From positions 1-50,487 of the forward strand of contig CALMAB010000489.1 in NCBI GenBank assembly GCA_937858325.1: a stretch of 50,487 bases of DNA. Reading direction: 5' to 3'. Of this stretch, positions 36,394 to 46,350 are shown in pieces. The notes below the pieces were generated by a model. It saw only the letters and a list, made by a program, of their open reading frames with translations. It was not told the DNA's origin and did no database searches. Both the position numbers and the translations under genes were made by a program. The stretch comes from an uncultured Acetobacteraceae bacterium (lineage in GTDB: Bacteria; Pseudomonadota; Alphaproteobacteria; Acetobacterales; Acetobacteraceae). The stretch's first letter is position 1, and every line of letters starts with the position of its first letter.

Positions 36394-37968
36394 TCAAGAC
36401 TTCGAGAAGTCGTACCAGGCATTGCCGTTCGGCGTGTACCAGGAGAAGCCCGCGACGTCGCTGCGCGTCGCCAACTGGTAGCCCGGGTTGAACAGGAAGA
36501 TCCAGGGCGCCTCCTGCACGACGATCTGCTGCGCCCGCTGCATGTCGCCGACGCGGGCCGTCTCGTCGGTCGAGGTCAGGGCGTTGTTGATCAGCGTATC
36601 GACGGCCGGGTTCTTGAAGCGCGAATAGTCGACGAGCGACGCGCTGTTCAGCCATAGGTTCACGACGTAGGCCGCATCCGGCACGATCGCCATGTCGCGC
36701 AGGAAATACATCGGCATCTCCGCCTTGGTGTATTTCGCGACGAGCGACGAGCTGGGCATCTTCTCAAGCTGCAGCTCGACCCCTGCCTGGGCGAAGCTGG
36801 TCTTCAGGATGACGGCGATCTGCTCCTCGATCTCATCGCCGGTGCGATAGCCAAGCTCGGTCTTGAAGCCGTTGGCGAAGCCTGCCTGGGCCAGCAGGGC
36901 CTTCGCCTTGGCGACATCGTAGGTGTATGGGAAGTCCTTGTCTGCGAAGCCCGGATAGATCTCGGAAACCGGGCTCTGCGTCGGCCGCGCGGTGCCGTAA
37001 TAGACGCTCTTCTGGATCGCGTCCCGCGGCACCAGGTAGTTCAGCGCCTCGCGGACGCGCTGGTCGGAGAACGGCACCGCGGCGTTGTTCATCTCGACCC
37101 GGTGTATGTAGTTGCCGAACACCGTCCGGACCTTGACCCCGGGCACGTTCCCGAGCAGCGACAGCTCCCGCGGCAGCAGCCACTCCGCAACATCGATGGC
37201 GCCGGCTTGCAGGGCGACGACGCGGTTCGACGAGGTCGGCATCTCGCGGAAGATGACGCGCTTCAGCTTCGGGGCGCCGCGGAAATAGTTCTCGTTTGCC
37301 GCATACACGACCTGCTGCCCGGGCGTGTAGGTTTCGATGACGTATGGCGCGAACGAGGCCGAGTGCGTGCCGAGCCAGGTCGAGCCCCAGGAATCCTCCG
37401 GGGTGAGGTGCTTTTTCGCCTCGGTGCTGTCGATGATGCCGAGGTCGTTGTTCACCCACAGCTTCGCCAGCAGCGGCGACGGGTTCGGCACCGTGACCTT
37501 GACGGTGTGGTCGTCCAGCTTCTGGAACGCGCTGAAGTCGGTGATCTTCAACATCTGGGTCATGTACCAATAGAATGTCGCCTTCAGGTGCCAGCCGCGG
37601 TCGAACGTCCACATCAAATCGTCGGCGGACAGCGTGTCGCCGTTGGCCGCCTGGGCATTGCGCAGATGGAAAGTGATGGATCGGTTGTCGGGCGAGACAT
37701 CCCAACTCTCAGCGAGCGCCGGCGCGAGCCTGTCGAAATTCTCGACCCGCACGCCGTCCTTGTTCGTCACCTGCTCGTAGGCGAGCAGACGCTCATAGAT
37801 GTTGCGGCGCATCTCATGCACAGCCTCGGTCGCCGGGTAGTCGAGATCGGCCGATTCCGGCGTCCGCGGGCCGGCGACGACAAGCGTTTCCGTCCGGTTC
37901 TGCGCCTGCGCCCAGGAGGAAACGAGGAGCAGGCCCAGGCATGCGACAGCCAATCCCTTGATCTTCAC
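36394..37968 (-). CDS. Family-5 (DppA/OppA) ABC substrate-binding protein
   Basis: AAGGAG RBS, signal peptide, PALAESWDVSPD...FHLR, PFSDQRVREAL. Confidence 0.93.
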   Translation of the reverse strand: MKIKGLAVACLGLLLVSSWAQAQNRTETLVVAGPRTPESADLDYPATEAVHEMRRNIYERLLAYEQVTNKDGVRVENFDRLAPALAESWDVSPDNRSITFHLRNAQAANGDTLSADDLMWTFDRGWHLKATFYWYMTQMLKITDFSAFQKLDDHTVKVTVPNPSPLLAKLWVNNDLGIIDSTEAKKHLTPEDSWGSTWLGTHSASFAPYVIETYTPGQQVVYAANENYFRGAPKLKRVIFREMPTSSNRVVALQAGAIDVAEWLLPRELSLLGNVPGVKVRTVFGNYIHRVEMNNAAVPFSDQRVREALNYLVPRDAIQKSVYYGTARPTQSPVSEIYPGFADKDFPYTYDVAKAKALLAQAGFANGFKTELGYRTGDEIEEQIAVILKTSFAQAGVELQLEKMPSSSLVAKYTKAEMPMYFLRDMAIVPDAAYVVNLWLNSASLVDYSRFKNPAVDTLINNALTSTDETARVGDMQRAQQIVVQEAPWIFLFNPGYQLATRSDVAGFSWYTPNGNAWYDFSKS

Positions 37969-38129
37969 GTTGCTCTCCTTCACTGGGCCGGGTTGCGGGT
38001 TCGGTTACGGGTCGTCGCCGCGGCGGCGCTCCAAAGCGGGATCGACACCGGGCTGATGCCGCATCTAGGCTCCGGGCTGGCGGCACGCCGACGGCGCGGC
38101 GCCGCAAACCTTGCCTGGAGGGACGACGC

Positions 38130-38885
38130 ATGCACCGCCTCAAGGACAAAGCTGCTCTGGTGATCGGTGCCAGCACCGGCATCGGCCGCGCGGTGTGCGA
38201 GGCGTTCGCCGCCGAAAGCGCCGCTGTCGCCATCGCCGATCACGCCCATCCCGCGGAGCAGGACAGCCTGCGGCAGGCGATCACGGCAGCGGGCGGCACG
38301 GCCTGCGTGTTCGACTGCGACGTGCTTTCGGCGGCAGACGTCGAAGCCGCCGTGCAGCAGACGATTGCCCGCTTCGGCAAGCTCGACATCCTGGTCAACA
38401 ACGCAGGCATCAGCGGCGGGCGGCAAAATCTCGCCGATCTTGACGATTGGGAGGCATGGGATCGGGTGATCGACGTCAACCTGCGCGGCGTTGCCCACGG
38501 CATGCGCTACGCTCTGCCGCACATGCGGCAGCGCGGGTATGGGCGCATCATCAACACGGCCTCGCAGCTCGCGCACAAACCGGGACCCCGCTGCGCCGCT
38601 TACTGCGCCTCCAAGGCCGGCGTGGTGGCGCTCACCGTCTCCGTCGCGCAGGAGGTGGCCGAGTCCGGCGTCACCGTGAACTGCGTCTGTCCCGGCCCGA
38701 CCGACACCGCCATGTGGCAGGCGGCGGACCCGGCCTGGAACCGCTGGAAGCTCGGGCAACTGCCGATCGGCCGCGTCGGCACGCCGGCCGAGATCGCCGG
38801 CGCCTATGTCTATCTGGCCTCCGACGAGGCCGCCTACATGATCGGCCAGAGCGTTTCGCCGAATGGCGGCGACGTCATGTGGTAA
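38130..38885 (+). CDS. Short-chain dehydrogenase/reductase
   Basis: IGASTGIG, NNAG, YCASK; GGAGG RBS. Confidence 0.93.
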   Translation: MHRLKDKAALVIGASTGIGRAVCEAFAAESAAVAIADHAHPAEQDSLRQAITAAGGTACVFDCDVLSAADVEAAVQQTIARFGKLDILVNNAGISGGRQNLADLDDWEAWDRVIDVNLRGVAHGMRYALPHMRQRGYGRIINTASQLAHKPGPRCAAYCASKAGVVALTVSVAQEVAESGVTVNCVCPGPTDTAMWQAADPAWNRWKLGQLPIGRVGTPAEIAGAYVYLASDEAAYMIGQSVSPNGGDVMW

Positions 38886-38907
38886 GCGCGCCCAGTGCCG
38901 ATCCGCG

Positions 38908-40521
38908 TCAGGCATCCCGGCTGCTACCCGCGGCGTCGCCATAACCGCCGCCGCCACCCGTTTCGATGATCAGCACATCGCCTGCGAGCAGCGGCAAGGC
39001 GTGGAACTTGGACGGGCTGACGAGGCCGAACGCTTCGCCGAGCGGACGCGTCACCCCGTCGCGGCGCAGCGACCAGCGGTTCGGCGCGCCTTCGCCGCCG
39101 CCGCTCAAGCCCCAGGGCGCCACGCGATGCCGGTCGCCGAGGCCGGAAAGGTGATGATCGACGAGCAGCCGGTATTCGTGCACGCTTCCCATGCCGCCCT
39201 GGAACCGGCCCACGCCGCCCGAACCGTCGCGCAGGCCATAGCGCTCGACCAGCACCGGGTATTTGTGTTCCCAGACTTCGATCGGCTGGTTATGCGACGT
39301 CTCGCCCCAGAAATAGACGGCGTCGTTGCCGGAGCCGGTCGCGGTCGCTCCCTGACCACCCTCGTAGTAGTTGTACCAGGCAGCTTCGAGGCCAGTGCGC
39401 GGATCGATGAAGCGGCCGGCCAGGTTGTTTCCCGAGGCATGGCTGCCGGCGGCGACCCGGCCAGGCAGCGCCTCGGCGAAGGCGCGCAGCATCGTCTCGG
39501 GAATGCGCTTGGCCAACTCGAAGGTGCAGCCATAGACCGGCGTTGGCCAAGTCGCATTGACCATCGACCCGACCGGCGCCCATAGCTCGATCAGGTCGAA
39601 AATGCCGGCATTGACCGGGATCGTCGGATCAACAAGCGCGATGATGCCGGTGAACACGCCCGCCCGCGCCGCGCTCAGCGCCGCGTTCACCGGTGTCGGC
39701 GCCTGGCGCGCGGTGCCGGCGAAATCCACGGTGAAACGCTCCGGGGTTTTCGTGACCGTGACGACGATCGGATAGCGGCGGTCCGAGACGCCGTCATCCT
39801 CGATGCAGTCGCAGCCCCGGTAGGTGCCATCCGGTATGCCGCGCATGCGGGCCAGGAATCGCTCGCGGGAATAGTCAATCGCGGCCTGCATTCCGGTCAG
39901 CAGGTCGTCCATTCCATAGCGCGCGGCAAGCTCGCGCAGGCGGCGCTCGGCCACGGTGGTGGCGGCGATCTGGCTCATCAGGTCGCCCCAGTCGTCGTCG
40001 GGCAGCCTGACGTTGTGCAGGATGAAGTCGCAGACCGGCTCCACCAACGCGCCGCGGTCATACAGCTTGCAGAGCGGGATGATCAGCCCGTCCTGCACGA
40101 CATGCGTCGATGTGCCGGCGCAGCCGCCGGCGCTCATGCCGCCGATATCGGTCCAGTGACCGATATTCACCGCATAGCCGATCGGCCGGCCGTCGCAGAA
40201 CATGGGACGGCAGACGACGACGTCGGATTGGTGCGTCGCCAGGTAAGGATGGTTGGTGATGAACACGTCACCCGGCGCGGGCGTCGGGAACTTGGCGACC
40301 ACGGCCTTCATCGTGTCAACCAGGGAGCCGAGATGCACGCCGATCCCGCGCGACTGGATCACCATGCGGCCGGACACGTCGAACAGTGCGCAGGAGAAGT
40401 CGTAGCCTTCCGAGAAGGTGGGCGAATAGGCGGTGCGCACCGTCGTCTGAATCATCTCCTCGGTGGTCGAGGTGAGATAGTTGCGGATGATCTGCAGGGT
40501 GAACGGATCGGGCGTGCTCAC
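38908..40521 (-). CDS. Hydantoinase B / 5-oxoprolinase-family subunit
   Basis: DPFTLQII, RTAYSP, DFSCALFD, GHWTDIGG, ETGGGGGYG; GTGA overlap with the A subunit. Confidence 0.92.
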   Translation of the reverse strand: MSTPDPFTLQIIRNYLTSTTEEMIQTTVRTAYSPTFSEGYDFSCALFDVSGRMVIQSRGIGVHLGSLVDTMKAVVAKFPTPAPGDVFITNHPYLATHQSDVVVCRPMFCDGRPIGYAVNIGHWTDIGGMSAGGCAGTSTHVVQDGLIIPLCKLYDRGALVEPVCDFILHNVRLPDDDWGDLMSQIAATTVAERRLRELAARYGMDDLLTGMQAAIDYSRERFLARMRGIPDGTYRGCDCIEDDGVSDRRYPIVVTVTKTPERFTVDFAGTARQAPTPVNAALSAARAGVFTGIIALVDPTIPVNAGIFDLIELWAPVGSMVNATWPTPVYGCTFELAKRIPETMLRAFAEALPGRVAAGSHASGNNLAGRFIDPRTGLEAAWYNYYEGGQGATATGSGNDAVYFWGETSHNQPIEVWEHKYPVLVERYGLRDGSGGVGRFQGGMGSVHEYRLLVDHHLSGLGDRHRVAPWGLSGGGEGAPNRWSLRRDGVTRPLGEAFGLVSPSKFHALPLLAGDVLIIETGGGGGYGDAAGSSRDA

Positions 40522-42527
40522 GCGATGCCACCCGGGTCCAGACGCACGACCAGGTTGCCAAACGCATCGATCTGACCGGAGGCGCCAGGCGGCATCCAGA
40601 ACGACGTGTCGCGTTCCTCCACCAAACAAGGGCCGTTGCAGCGCAGCCCGGCCGGCAGCAGCGCGCGGTCGAACACCGGCACTGGCGCCGTGACCCCGGC
40701 GACGCGCGCCTGCCGCACCGGCGCGGGCAGGCCGCCGCCCGGCGCCTGCACCGGCGCCGGCTGCAAGGACGGCGCCGGGCTGGTCGCTGTCAGCCTTGCC
40801 GTCACGACCATCAGCGCGTGGCCGAGTGCGGTGCCATACAGGGCGCGGTGCCGGTCCTCGAACGCCGTGGCGATGTGTGCGGGCGTCCAATCCGGCCCGA
40901 CGGTGACGATGATCTCGTGCGCCTGGCGCAGGTATTTCAGGTCGAGCGCATACACGACGGCGCAGGATGCGGCCTCGTCACGCATCGCCGCCCGCGCGTC
41001 CCGCTCAAGACCGGAGAGGACCCTATGCAGTTCGCCCGGCTGCAGCGCGTCGAGCGGGCGCATAACGCTCGCAGCGCGCGAAATTTTCAGCGGGGCGTTC
41101 ACCATCCCGAAGGCGGAGAACACGCTTGCCATGCGGGGCACCACGACCTCGGGAATGCCGATTTCGCGCGCCAGCGCTGCGGCATGCTGACCGCCGGCGC
41201 CGCCGAACGCGAGCAGCGAGAAGTCGCGTGGATCAATGCCCTTCTCCACCGTCATCTGCCGAATGGCGGCCGCCATGCCGGCGTTGACGACGCGGATGAT
41301 GCCCTCCGCCGCGGCCTCGACGGAAACGCCGAACCGCTCGGCGATGCCGGCCACCGCCCGCGACGCCAGGGAGGCGTCCATCGGCAGCACGCCGTCCGGG
41401 TTGATCAATCCCAGCACGACGTTTGCGTCGGTGACGGTGCAATCGCTGCCGCCCCGGCCATAGCAGGCCGGACCGGGATCCGCGCCCGCGCTCTGCGGGC
41501 CGACGCGCAGCGCGCCGCCCTCGTCGACCCAGACAATGCTGCCGCCGCCGGCGCCGATCGTCTTGATGTCGATCGCCGGCACCTTCACGGGCAAGCCCCA
41601 ACCCACCTCGAAGGTGTTGCGCACCTCGAACTGGCCGTGCTGGATCACCGCCACGTCGAAGCTGGTGCCGCCCATATCGACGGTGATGAGGTTGTCGCGG
41701 CCGGTCATGCGGCCGACCAGTTGGCAGCCGAGCACGCCGCCGGCCGGCCCCGAGACGCAGAGCGAGATCGGCCGTGCCGCCGCCTCGCATCCGGGCTGCA
41801 TACCGCCCTCCGAACTCAGGTAACGCACCAATTCAGGGCGCTGCAGCCGGTCGTCCAGCGCTGCGGCGTAACGCTGCACGCGCGGCATGGCGTAGGCGTT
41901 CACCGCCGTCGTGTTCGCCCGCTCGTACTCGCGTACCTCCCGGCAAACCGTGGCGGAGACGGACAGCGGCAGGCCCGGCTGGCGCGCCTTGACCGCCGCC
42001 TCGACGATCCGCTCATGCGCGTCGTTCAGGTAGGAGTGCAGCAGGCAGATCGCGACGCCCTCGACGTCGCGTTCCAGCACCGCCTCGATCGTGCGGCGCA
42101 CGTCGTCGGGATCGATCGCGCGCACGACCTCGCCGTCGGCGCCGACGCGCTCGTCCACCTCGAAGCAGAGATCCCGGGGAACCAGGGGGCGGGGCTTGCG
42201 CCAGGCGAGATCATACGGCAGCGGCCGGGTCGCGCGCATGATTTCAAGCACGTCGCGAAAGCCCTTGGTGGTGATAAGCGCGATGCGCGCGCCCTTGCGC
42301 TCCAGGATCAGGTTGGTGACGATGGTCGTGCCGTGCACCAGGCTGGAGATTGCCCCCAGCGGCGCCCCGATCGCTGCCAGCGCCTGCATGAAGCCGGATT
42401 CCGGCTCGGCCGGGGTGGACAGGCTTTTCGCATGGCTCAACTGGCCGGAGCCCTCGTCGAACAGGACGATGTCGGTGAAGGTGCCGCCGATGTCGATGCC
42501 CACGCGAAGCGCCGAGGCTGGGTTCAT
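40518..42527 (-). CDS. Hydantoinase A / 5-oxoprolinase-family ATP-binding subunit
   Basis: GIDIGGTFTD, HGTT, SGPAGG, DMGGTSFD, IGAGGGS, GPQSAGADPGPACY. Confidence 0.95.
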   Translation of the reverse strand: MNPASALRVGIDIGGTFTDIVLFDEGSGQLSHAKSLSTPAEPESGFMQALAAIGAPLGAISSLVHGTTIVTNLILERKGARIALITTKGFRDVLEIMRATRPLPYDLAWRKPRPLVPRDLCFEVDERVGADGEVVRAIDPDDVRRTIEAVLERDVEGVAICLLHSYLNDAHERIVEAAVKARQPGLPLSVSATVCREVREYERANTTAVNAYAMPRVQRYAAALDDRLQRPELVRYLSSEGGMQPGCEAAARPISLCVSGPAGGVLGCQLVGRMTGRDNLITVDMGGTSFDVAVIQHGQFEVRNTFEVGWGLPVKVPAIDIKTIGAGGGSIVWVDEGGALRVGPQSAGADPGPACYGRGGSDCTVTDANVVLGLINPDGVLPMDASLASRAVAGIAERFGVSVEAAAEGIIRVVNAGMAAAIRQMTVEKGIDPRDFSLLAFGGAGGQHAAALAREIGIPEVVVPRMASVFSAFGMVNAPLKISRAASVMRPLDALQPGELHRVLSGLERDARAAMRDEAASCAVVYALDLKYLRQAHEIIVTVGPDWTPAHIATAFEDRHRALYGTALGHALMVVTARLTATSPAPSLQPAPVQAPGGGLPAPVRQARVAGVTAPVPVFDRALLPAGLRCNGPCLVEERDTSFWMPPGASGQIDAFGNLVVRLDPGGIA

Positions 42528-43912
42528 GCCCCGGCCTCGGCGGCGAAGTGGCGATCCACCAACGCAACCGTCCGGTCGATGTCGTCCTCATCATGCGCGG
42601 CCGAGATCGCGAAGCGCAGCACCCGCCGCGGCTTGAGGTAGACGCCCTGCTCGAACAGTTGCGCCATGAGCTTCGGCGACACTGCCGGGTCGTGATGCCG
42701 CATCACGTCGCCGAAACTGTCCAGACGGCGGTCGCTGCAGTGGATCGCCACCATCGAGCCGAAGCAGGATGCGCGCGCCGTGACGCCTCGGGACTGGAAT
42801 GCGGCATCGAGGCCGCCGGCGAGCCGGGCGCCCAGGGCCTCGATGTGGCGGAACACGCTGCCATCCTGCAGGCGCGCGATGGTTGCCAGCGCGGCCGCGA
42901 CCGAGACGACGTTGCCGTTATAGGTGCCGGACAGAAAGCTCCTGCCGGCGGGACTCATCTGCCCGATCAGCCGAGCCGGACCGCAGAGCGCCGCGATCGG
43001 ATAGCCGTTCGACAGCGCCTTGCCGAAGGCGGCGAGGTCAGGGGTCACGTCCAGCCGCTCCTGCGCGCCGCCGAGGCCGTGCCGGAATCCGGTCAGGATC
43101 TCGTCGAAGATCAGCAGGCTGCCATGCGCGGCGCACAGCGCCCGCAGCCCGGCGAGGAACCCGGGGTGCGGCGCAATGCAGCCGGTTGCCGGCCCGTGCA
43201 TGACCGGCTCGACAACAATGGCGGCAATCCTGTCGCCCTCGGCGGCAAACAGCGCCCGGGCGGCGTCGAGGTCGTTGTAGTCCAGCACGCGGATCGACTG
43301 CGCCGGGCCGGGCGGCAGGCCGGCCGACTCCGCGATCGGAGCGTAGCGGCCATGCTCGTCGGGCGGCCCGTCGTAGGAAGAGATGTTGAACAGGAAGTCG
43401 TCATGCCAGCCGTGATAAGAGCCGGCGAACTTGACCAGCAGGTCACGGCCGGTTGCGGCCCGCGCGACCCGCATCGCCATGCACAAAATGTCGGAGCCGG
43501 CGTTCAGGAACACCGACATCTCGGCGCAGGGGATGATCCGCCGCAGGGTCTCGGCAAGCTCGACTTCGAGATCGTTCGGGGCGCTGAAAAGCTGCCCGCG
43601 CGCGGCCGAAACTCCTGCCACCGCGTCGCACACGGTTGCGTCGCCGTGGCCGAGCACGCAGGGGCCGGCGCCGTTCCAGTAGTCGATGAAGTGGTTGCCG
43701 TCGGCATCCCATAGGTGCGCGCCCCCGGCGCGCGCGATGAAGTGCGGGTATGGCGCGTAGTACTTGCCGTCACCCTGGGCACCCATCGGCGCGACGCGGC
43801 GCGCGCGTTGCCAAAGCGCCGCAGATGCCGCGTTCGCCGAGGTCGGGTGGTAGGCGTCTGAAAGCATAGGCAGCATCCACGTTCGCAGGCTGGCTGGCGG
43901 CGTGTTGTCCAT
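42524..43912 (-). CDS. Class-III PLP aminotransferase (GSA-aminomutase-like); start 43912 or 43867
   Basis: WDADGNHFID, GSYHG, LIFDEILTGFR, AFGKAL, SGTYNGN. Confidence 0.9.
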   Translation of the reverse strand: MDNTPPASLRTWMLPMLSDAYHPTSANAASAALWQRARRVAPMGAQGDGKYYAPYPHFIARAGGAHLWDADGNHFIDYWNGAGPCVLGHGDATVCDAVAGVSAARGQLFSAPNDLEVELAETLRRIIPCAEMSVFLNAGSDILCMAMRVARAATGRDLLVKFAGSYHGWHDDFLFNISSYDGPPDEHGRYAPIAESAGLPPGPAQSIRVLDYNDLDAARALFAAEGDRIAAIVVEPVMHGPATGCIAPHPGFLAGLRALCAAHGSLLIFDEILTGFRHGLGGAQERLDVTPDLAAFGKALSNGYPIAALCGPARLIGQMSPAGRSFLSGTYNGNVVSVAAALATIARLQDGSVFRHIEALGARLAGGLDAAFQSRGVTARASCFGSMVAIHCSDRRLDSFGDVMRHHDPAVSPKLMAQLFEQGVYLKPRRVLRFAISAAHDEDDIDRTVALVDRHFAAEAGA

Positions 43913-43944
43913 GACTTCACCTCGCAAGCCGTGAGTCAGGCGTC

Positions 43945-43959
43945 GCAAGCCGTATGCCA
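43945..43959 (-). promoter_or_regulatory. Sigma54 (-24/-12) promoter for the aminotransferase-hydantoinase operon
   Basis: Minus strand TGGCATACGGCTTGC matches TGGCAY-N5-TTGC, 33 bp before ATG 43912. Confidence 0.75.
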
Positions 43960-44027
43960 GGAGCTGCGATCCGTTTGCAGCCGTGCTGCCGGTCGACAAA
44001 GCGCAGGATTGGTGAAAATCGCCTAAA

Positions 44028-44037
44028 TTGTGTACAA
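44028..44037. promoter_or_regulatory. Candidate FadR/VanR-type GntR operator
   Basis: TTGTGTACAA (TTGT-NN-ACAA) lies in the divergent intergenic region next to the FCD regulator. Confidence 0.6.
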
Positions 44038-44127
44038 AGTGAGCACTAATGGGCACTCTCGGGCGCCGCCCGTTGCTGGCTCGGCATCCGGCCGCCTGCT
44101 AGACGCACGGCGCTGGGCAGCGCGCAG

Positions 44128-45000
44128 GTGCGAATGCTGGTTTCGGGGAGGCGGGGAAGGGTGTCTGTAACAAAGCGGCCTGCTGCGCCACGGCCCAGGG
44201 CGGGTCGCGCCGCCATCCCGCCGCCGGCTCGCGGCGTTTGGGCGGAATCGGGCCACGACAGCATCGTCGACACCGTGCGCGACGCCGTCGCGTCCGGCCG
44301 CCTGCCTGCCGGCGCGAAGCTGATCGAGGCGGATCTGGCCGCCACCTTCGCCGTCAGCCGCACGCGCGTGCGCCAGGCGCTGCAGCGCCTGAGCTTCGTC
44401 GGGCTGGTGACCCTAGAGCCGAACCGTGGCGCCTTTGTCGCCTCGCCATCCATCGAGGAGGCGCATGCGGTTCACGCGGCGCGGCGCCTCATCGAGTGCA
44501 ACATCGTGCGTGACGCCACGCGCCACTGCACGGCGAACGACATCCGGCGGCTGCGCGCGCACTGCGCGGCGCAAGCCGAGGCGGAGGCGCGCGGCGAGGA
44601 TGTGCGCCTGCTGCGGCTGCTCGGCGAGTTCCACCTGCTGATCGCCGAGCTGGGCGGCAATGCGGTGCTGGCGGATTTCATGCGCCAGCTTATTCCGCGC
44701 ACCGCATTGCTGCAGGCGCTTTATCAACACCCACGCGAGCGCGGCTGCGGTGTCGCCGACCACCTGAAGCTGCTCGATCAGATGGCCAAGGGCGACGAGG
44801 CGGGCGCGGTCGCGACGCTGCGCCAACACCTCGTCGGCAATCTCGCACGGTTGTCGGTGCGACCAGCGCCAACGCAGATGACCGATCTTGCGAGCGCACT
44901 GAGACCGCCCAATGCCAAATCCGGCAGTGCGCCGGGCGCTCCTGCGCCGCCGGAAACGGCCGCCACGCCGACTGCGAGGCTGCGCAGCCGGCCCCGCTGA
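44128..45000 (+). CDS. GntR-family regulator, FadR/FCD subfamily (start uncertain)
   Basis: GRLPAGAKLIEADLAATFAVSRTRVRQAL...PNRGAFV, EFHLLIAELGGN, H...L. Confidence 0.9.
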   Translation: MRMLVSGRRGRVSVTKRPAAPRPRAGRAAIPPPARGVWAESGHDSIVDTVRDAVASGRLPAGAKLIEADLAATFAVSRTRVRQALQRLSFVGLVTLEPNRGAFVASPSIEEAHAVHAARRLIECNIVRDATRHCTANDIRRLRAHCAAQAEAEARGEDVRLLRLLGEFHLLIAELGGNAVLADFMRQLIPRTALLQALYQHPRERGCGVADHLKLLDQMAKGDEAGAVATLRQHLVGNLARLSVRPAPTQMTDLASALRPPNAKSGSAPGAPAPPETAATPTARLRSRPR

Positions 45001-45086
45001 GCGCCATCCGGCGGCTGCCGCAACGGCAGTGACTGGGCGCCCGGGTCAACGGCGTCGCGCTTTTGCCGTTTTCACCCGGAAAAACC

Positions 45087-45102
45087 TGGCACGGAATATG
45101 CT
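45087..45102 (+). promoter_or_regulatory. Sigma54 promoter for dppBCD-like genes
   Basis: TGGCACGGAATATGCT has GG-N10-GC spacing. Confidence 0.65.
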
Positions 45103-45261
45103 GTGCGCTCATGCGACGCCGGCTCGCGAGATGCGTGAGCCGCCCGGTTGCATTGGGGAGATCATCATGGAGCCGTCGCCGTTACGTTGCCGGCCTTTCA
45201 AGACGGTCGGCCGCGGATATGCCACCCGCGCCCTGCGCCCCGTTGTCATGCACATCACGGC

Positions 45262-46350
45262 ATGACGACGGCATTCGCAGGGTCGGCGCCTGTCGTTGCG
45301 GGATTGCTGGGTGGCGTAGCCGGCCGGTGGCATGCCCTACCGCGGCCGATGCGCATCGTGCTCGCGCGCGTCAGCCTCATCCCGCCGCAACTGTTCGGGG
45401 TGCTGCTCGTCACCTTCATGCTCGTTCGGCTGCTGCCGGGCGACCCGGCCTTGCTGATGCTCGGCAACATGGCGACGCCTGACGCGATCGCGTCGCTGCG
45501 GCAGCGCCTCGGGCTCGATCAGGGATTGTGGACACAGTTCGTCCGTTATCTCGGCCGTGTGCTGCATGGCGATCTCGGCACGTCCATCTTCACCTCGCAC
45601 CCTGTCGTGCAGGATCTGATCGAGCGGGCGCCAGCCACGCTTGAGCTGATCAGCTACGCCATGATCGTCACCGTGACGGCTGGCGTTGGCCTCGCGGTCC
45701 TGTCGGTGATCGCGCGCGGCCGGTCCTTCGACTATGTGACGCGCGTCTATGGGCTGGCGGCGGGCGCGCTGCCGGATTTCTGGGTCGGCCTGCTACTGAT
45801 CTTCTTCCTTTACCACGTAGCAGGGTGGGCGCCGGCGCCGTTCGGCCGGCTCGACACCTATCTCACGGCGCCGCGGGCGATCACTGGCTTCTATACCCTC
45901 GACAGTCTCCTGACAGGGAACTGGGCTGATCTCGGCTCGGCCGCGGCGCGCTTGGTGCTGCCGGTTGCGACGATCAGCATCGTGAACACCGGCGCCATGA
46001 TGAAGATGACGCAGACCGTCTTCGCCGGCGTTTACGACAGCGCCTTCATCCGGCATGCCCGCGCGAGCGGGCTGCCGCAGCGCCGCATCATCGTCATCGC
46101 GCTGAAGAACAGCCTGCCGCCGATCATCACGACGGCCGGGTTCCTGTTTGGTTTCCTGCTCGGCGCCGCCGTGCTGGTGGAAACCATCTTTTCCTGGGGC
46201 GGTCTTGGCCAGTATGCCGTGCAGGCGGTGATCAACAGCGACTACCCGGCCTTGCAGGGCTTCGTGATGGTGGCGGCGGTCTTCGTGCTGCTCGTTTATC
46301 TCGTCGTGGACGTGCTGTACGAGCTGGTCGATCCGAGGATCCGCATCTGA
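45262..46350 (+). CDS. Peptide-type ABC permease (DppB family); start 45262 or 45349
   Basis: LLPGDPA, LGLDQ, GDLGTS, PATLEL, ARASGL, ETIFSWGGLG. Confidence 0.92.
   Translation: MTTAFAGSAPVVAGLLGGVAGRWHALPRPMRIVLARVSLIPPQLFGVLLVTFMLVRLLPGDPALLMLGNMATPDAIASLRQRLGLDQGLWTQFVRYLGRVLHGDLGTSIFTSHPVVQDLIERAPATLELISYAMIVTVTAGVGLAVLSVIARGRSFDYVTRVYGLAAGALPDFWVGLLLIFFLYHVAGWAPAPFGRLDTYLTAPRAITGFYTLDSLLTGNWADLGSAAARLVLPVATISIVNTGAMMKMTQTVFAGVYDSAFIRHARASGLPQRRIIVIALKNSLPPIITTAGFLFGFLLGAAVLVETIFSWGGLGQYAVQAVINSDYPALQGFVMVAAVFVLLVYLVVDVLYELVDPRIRI

Noticed and set aside
42524-43912. hemL (tetrapyrrole biosynthesis)
   Set aside because: It is GSA-like in sequence, but it is coupled to hydantoinase genes behind a sigma54 promoter, so a catabolic transaminase fits better.
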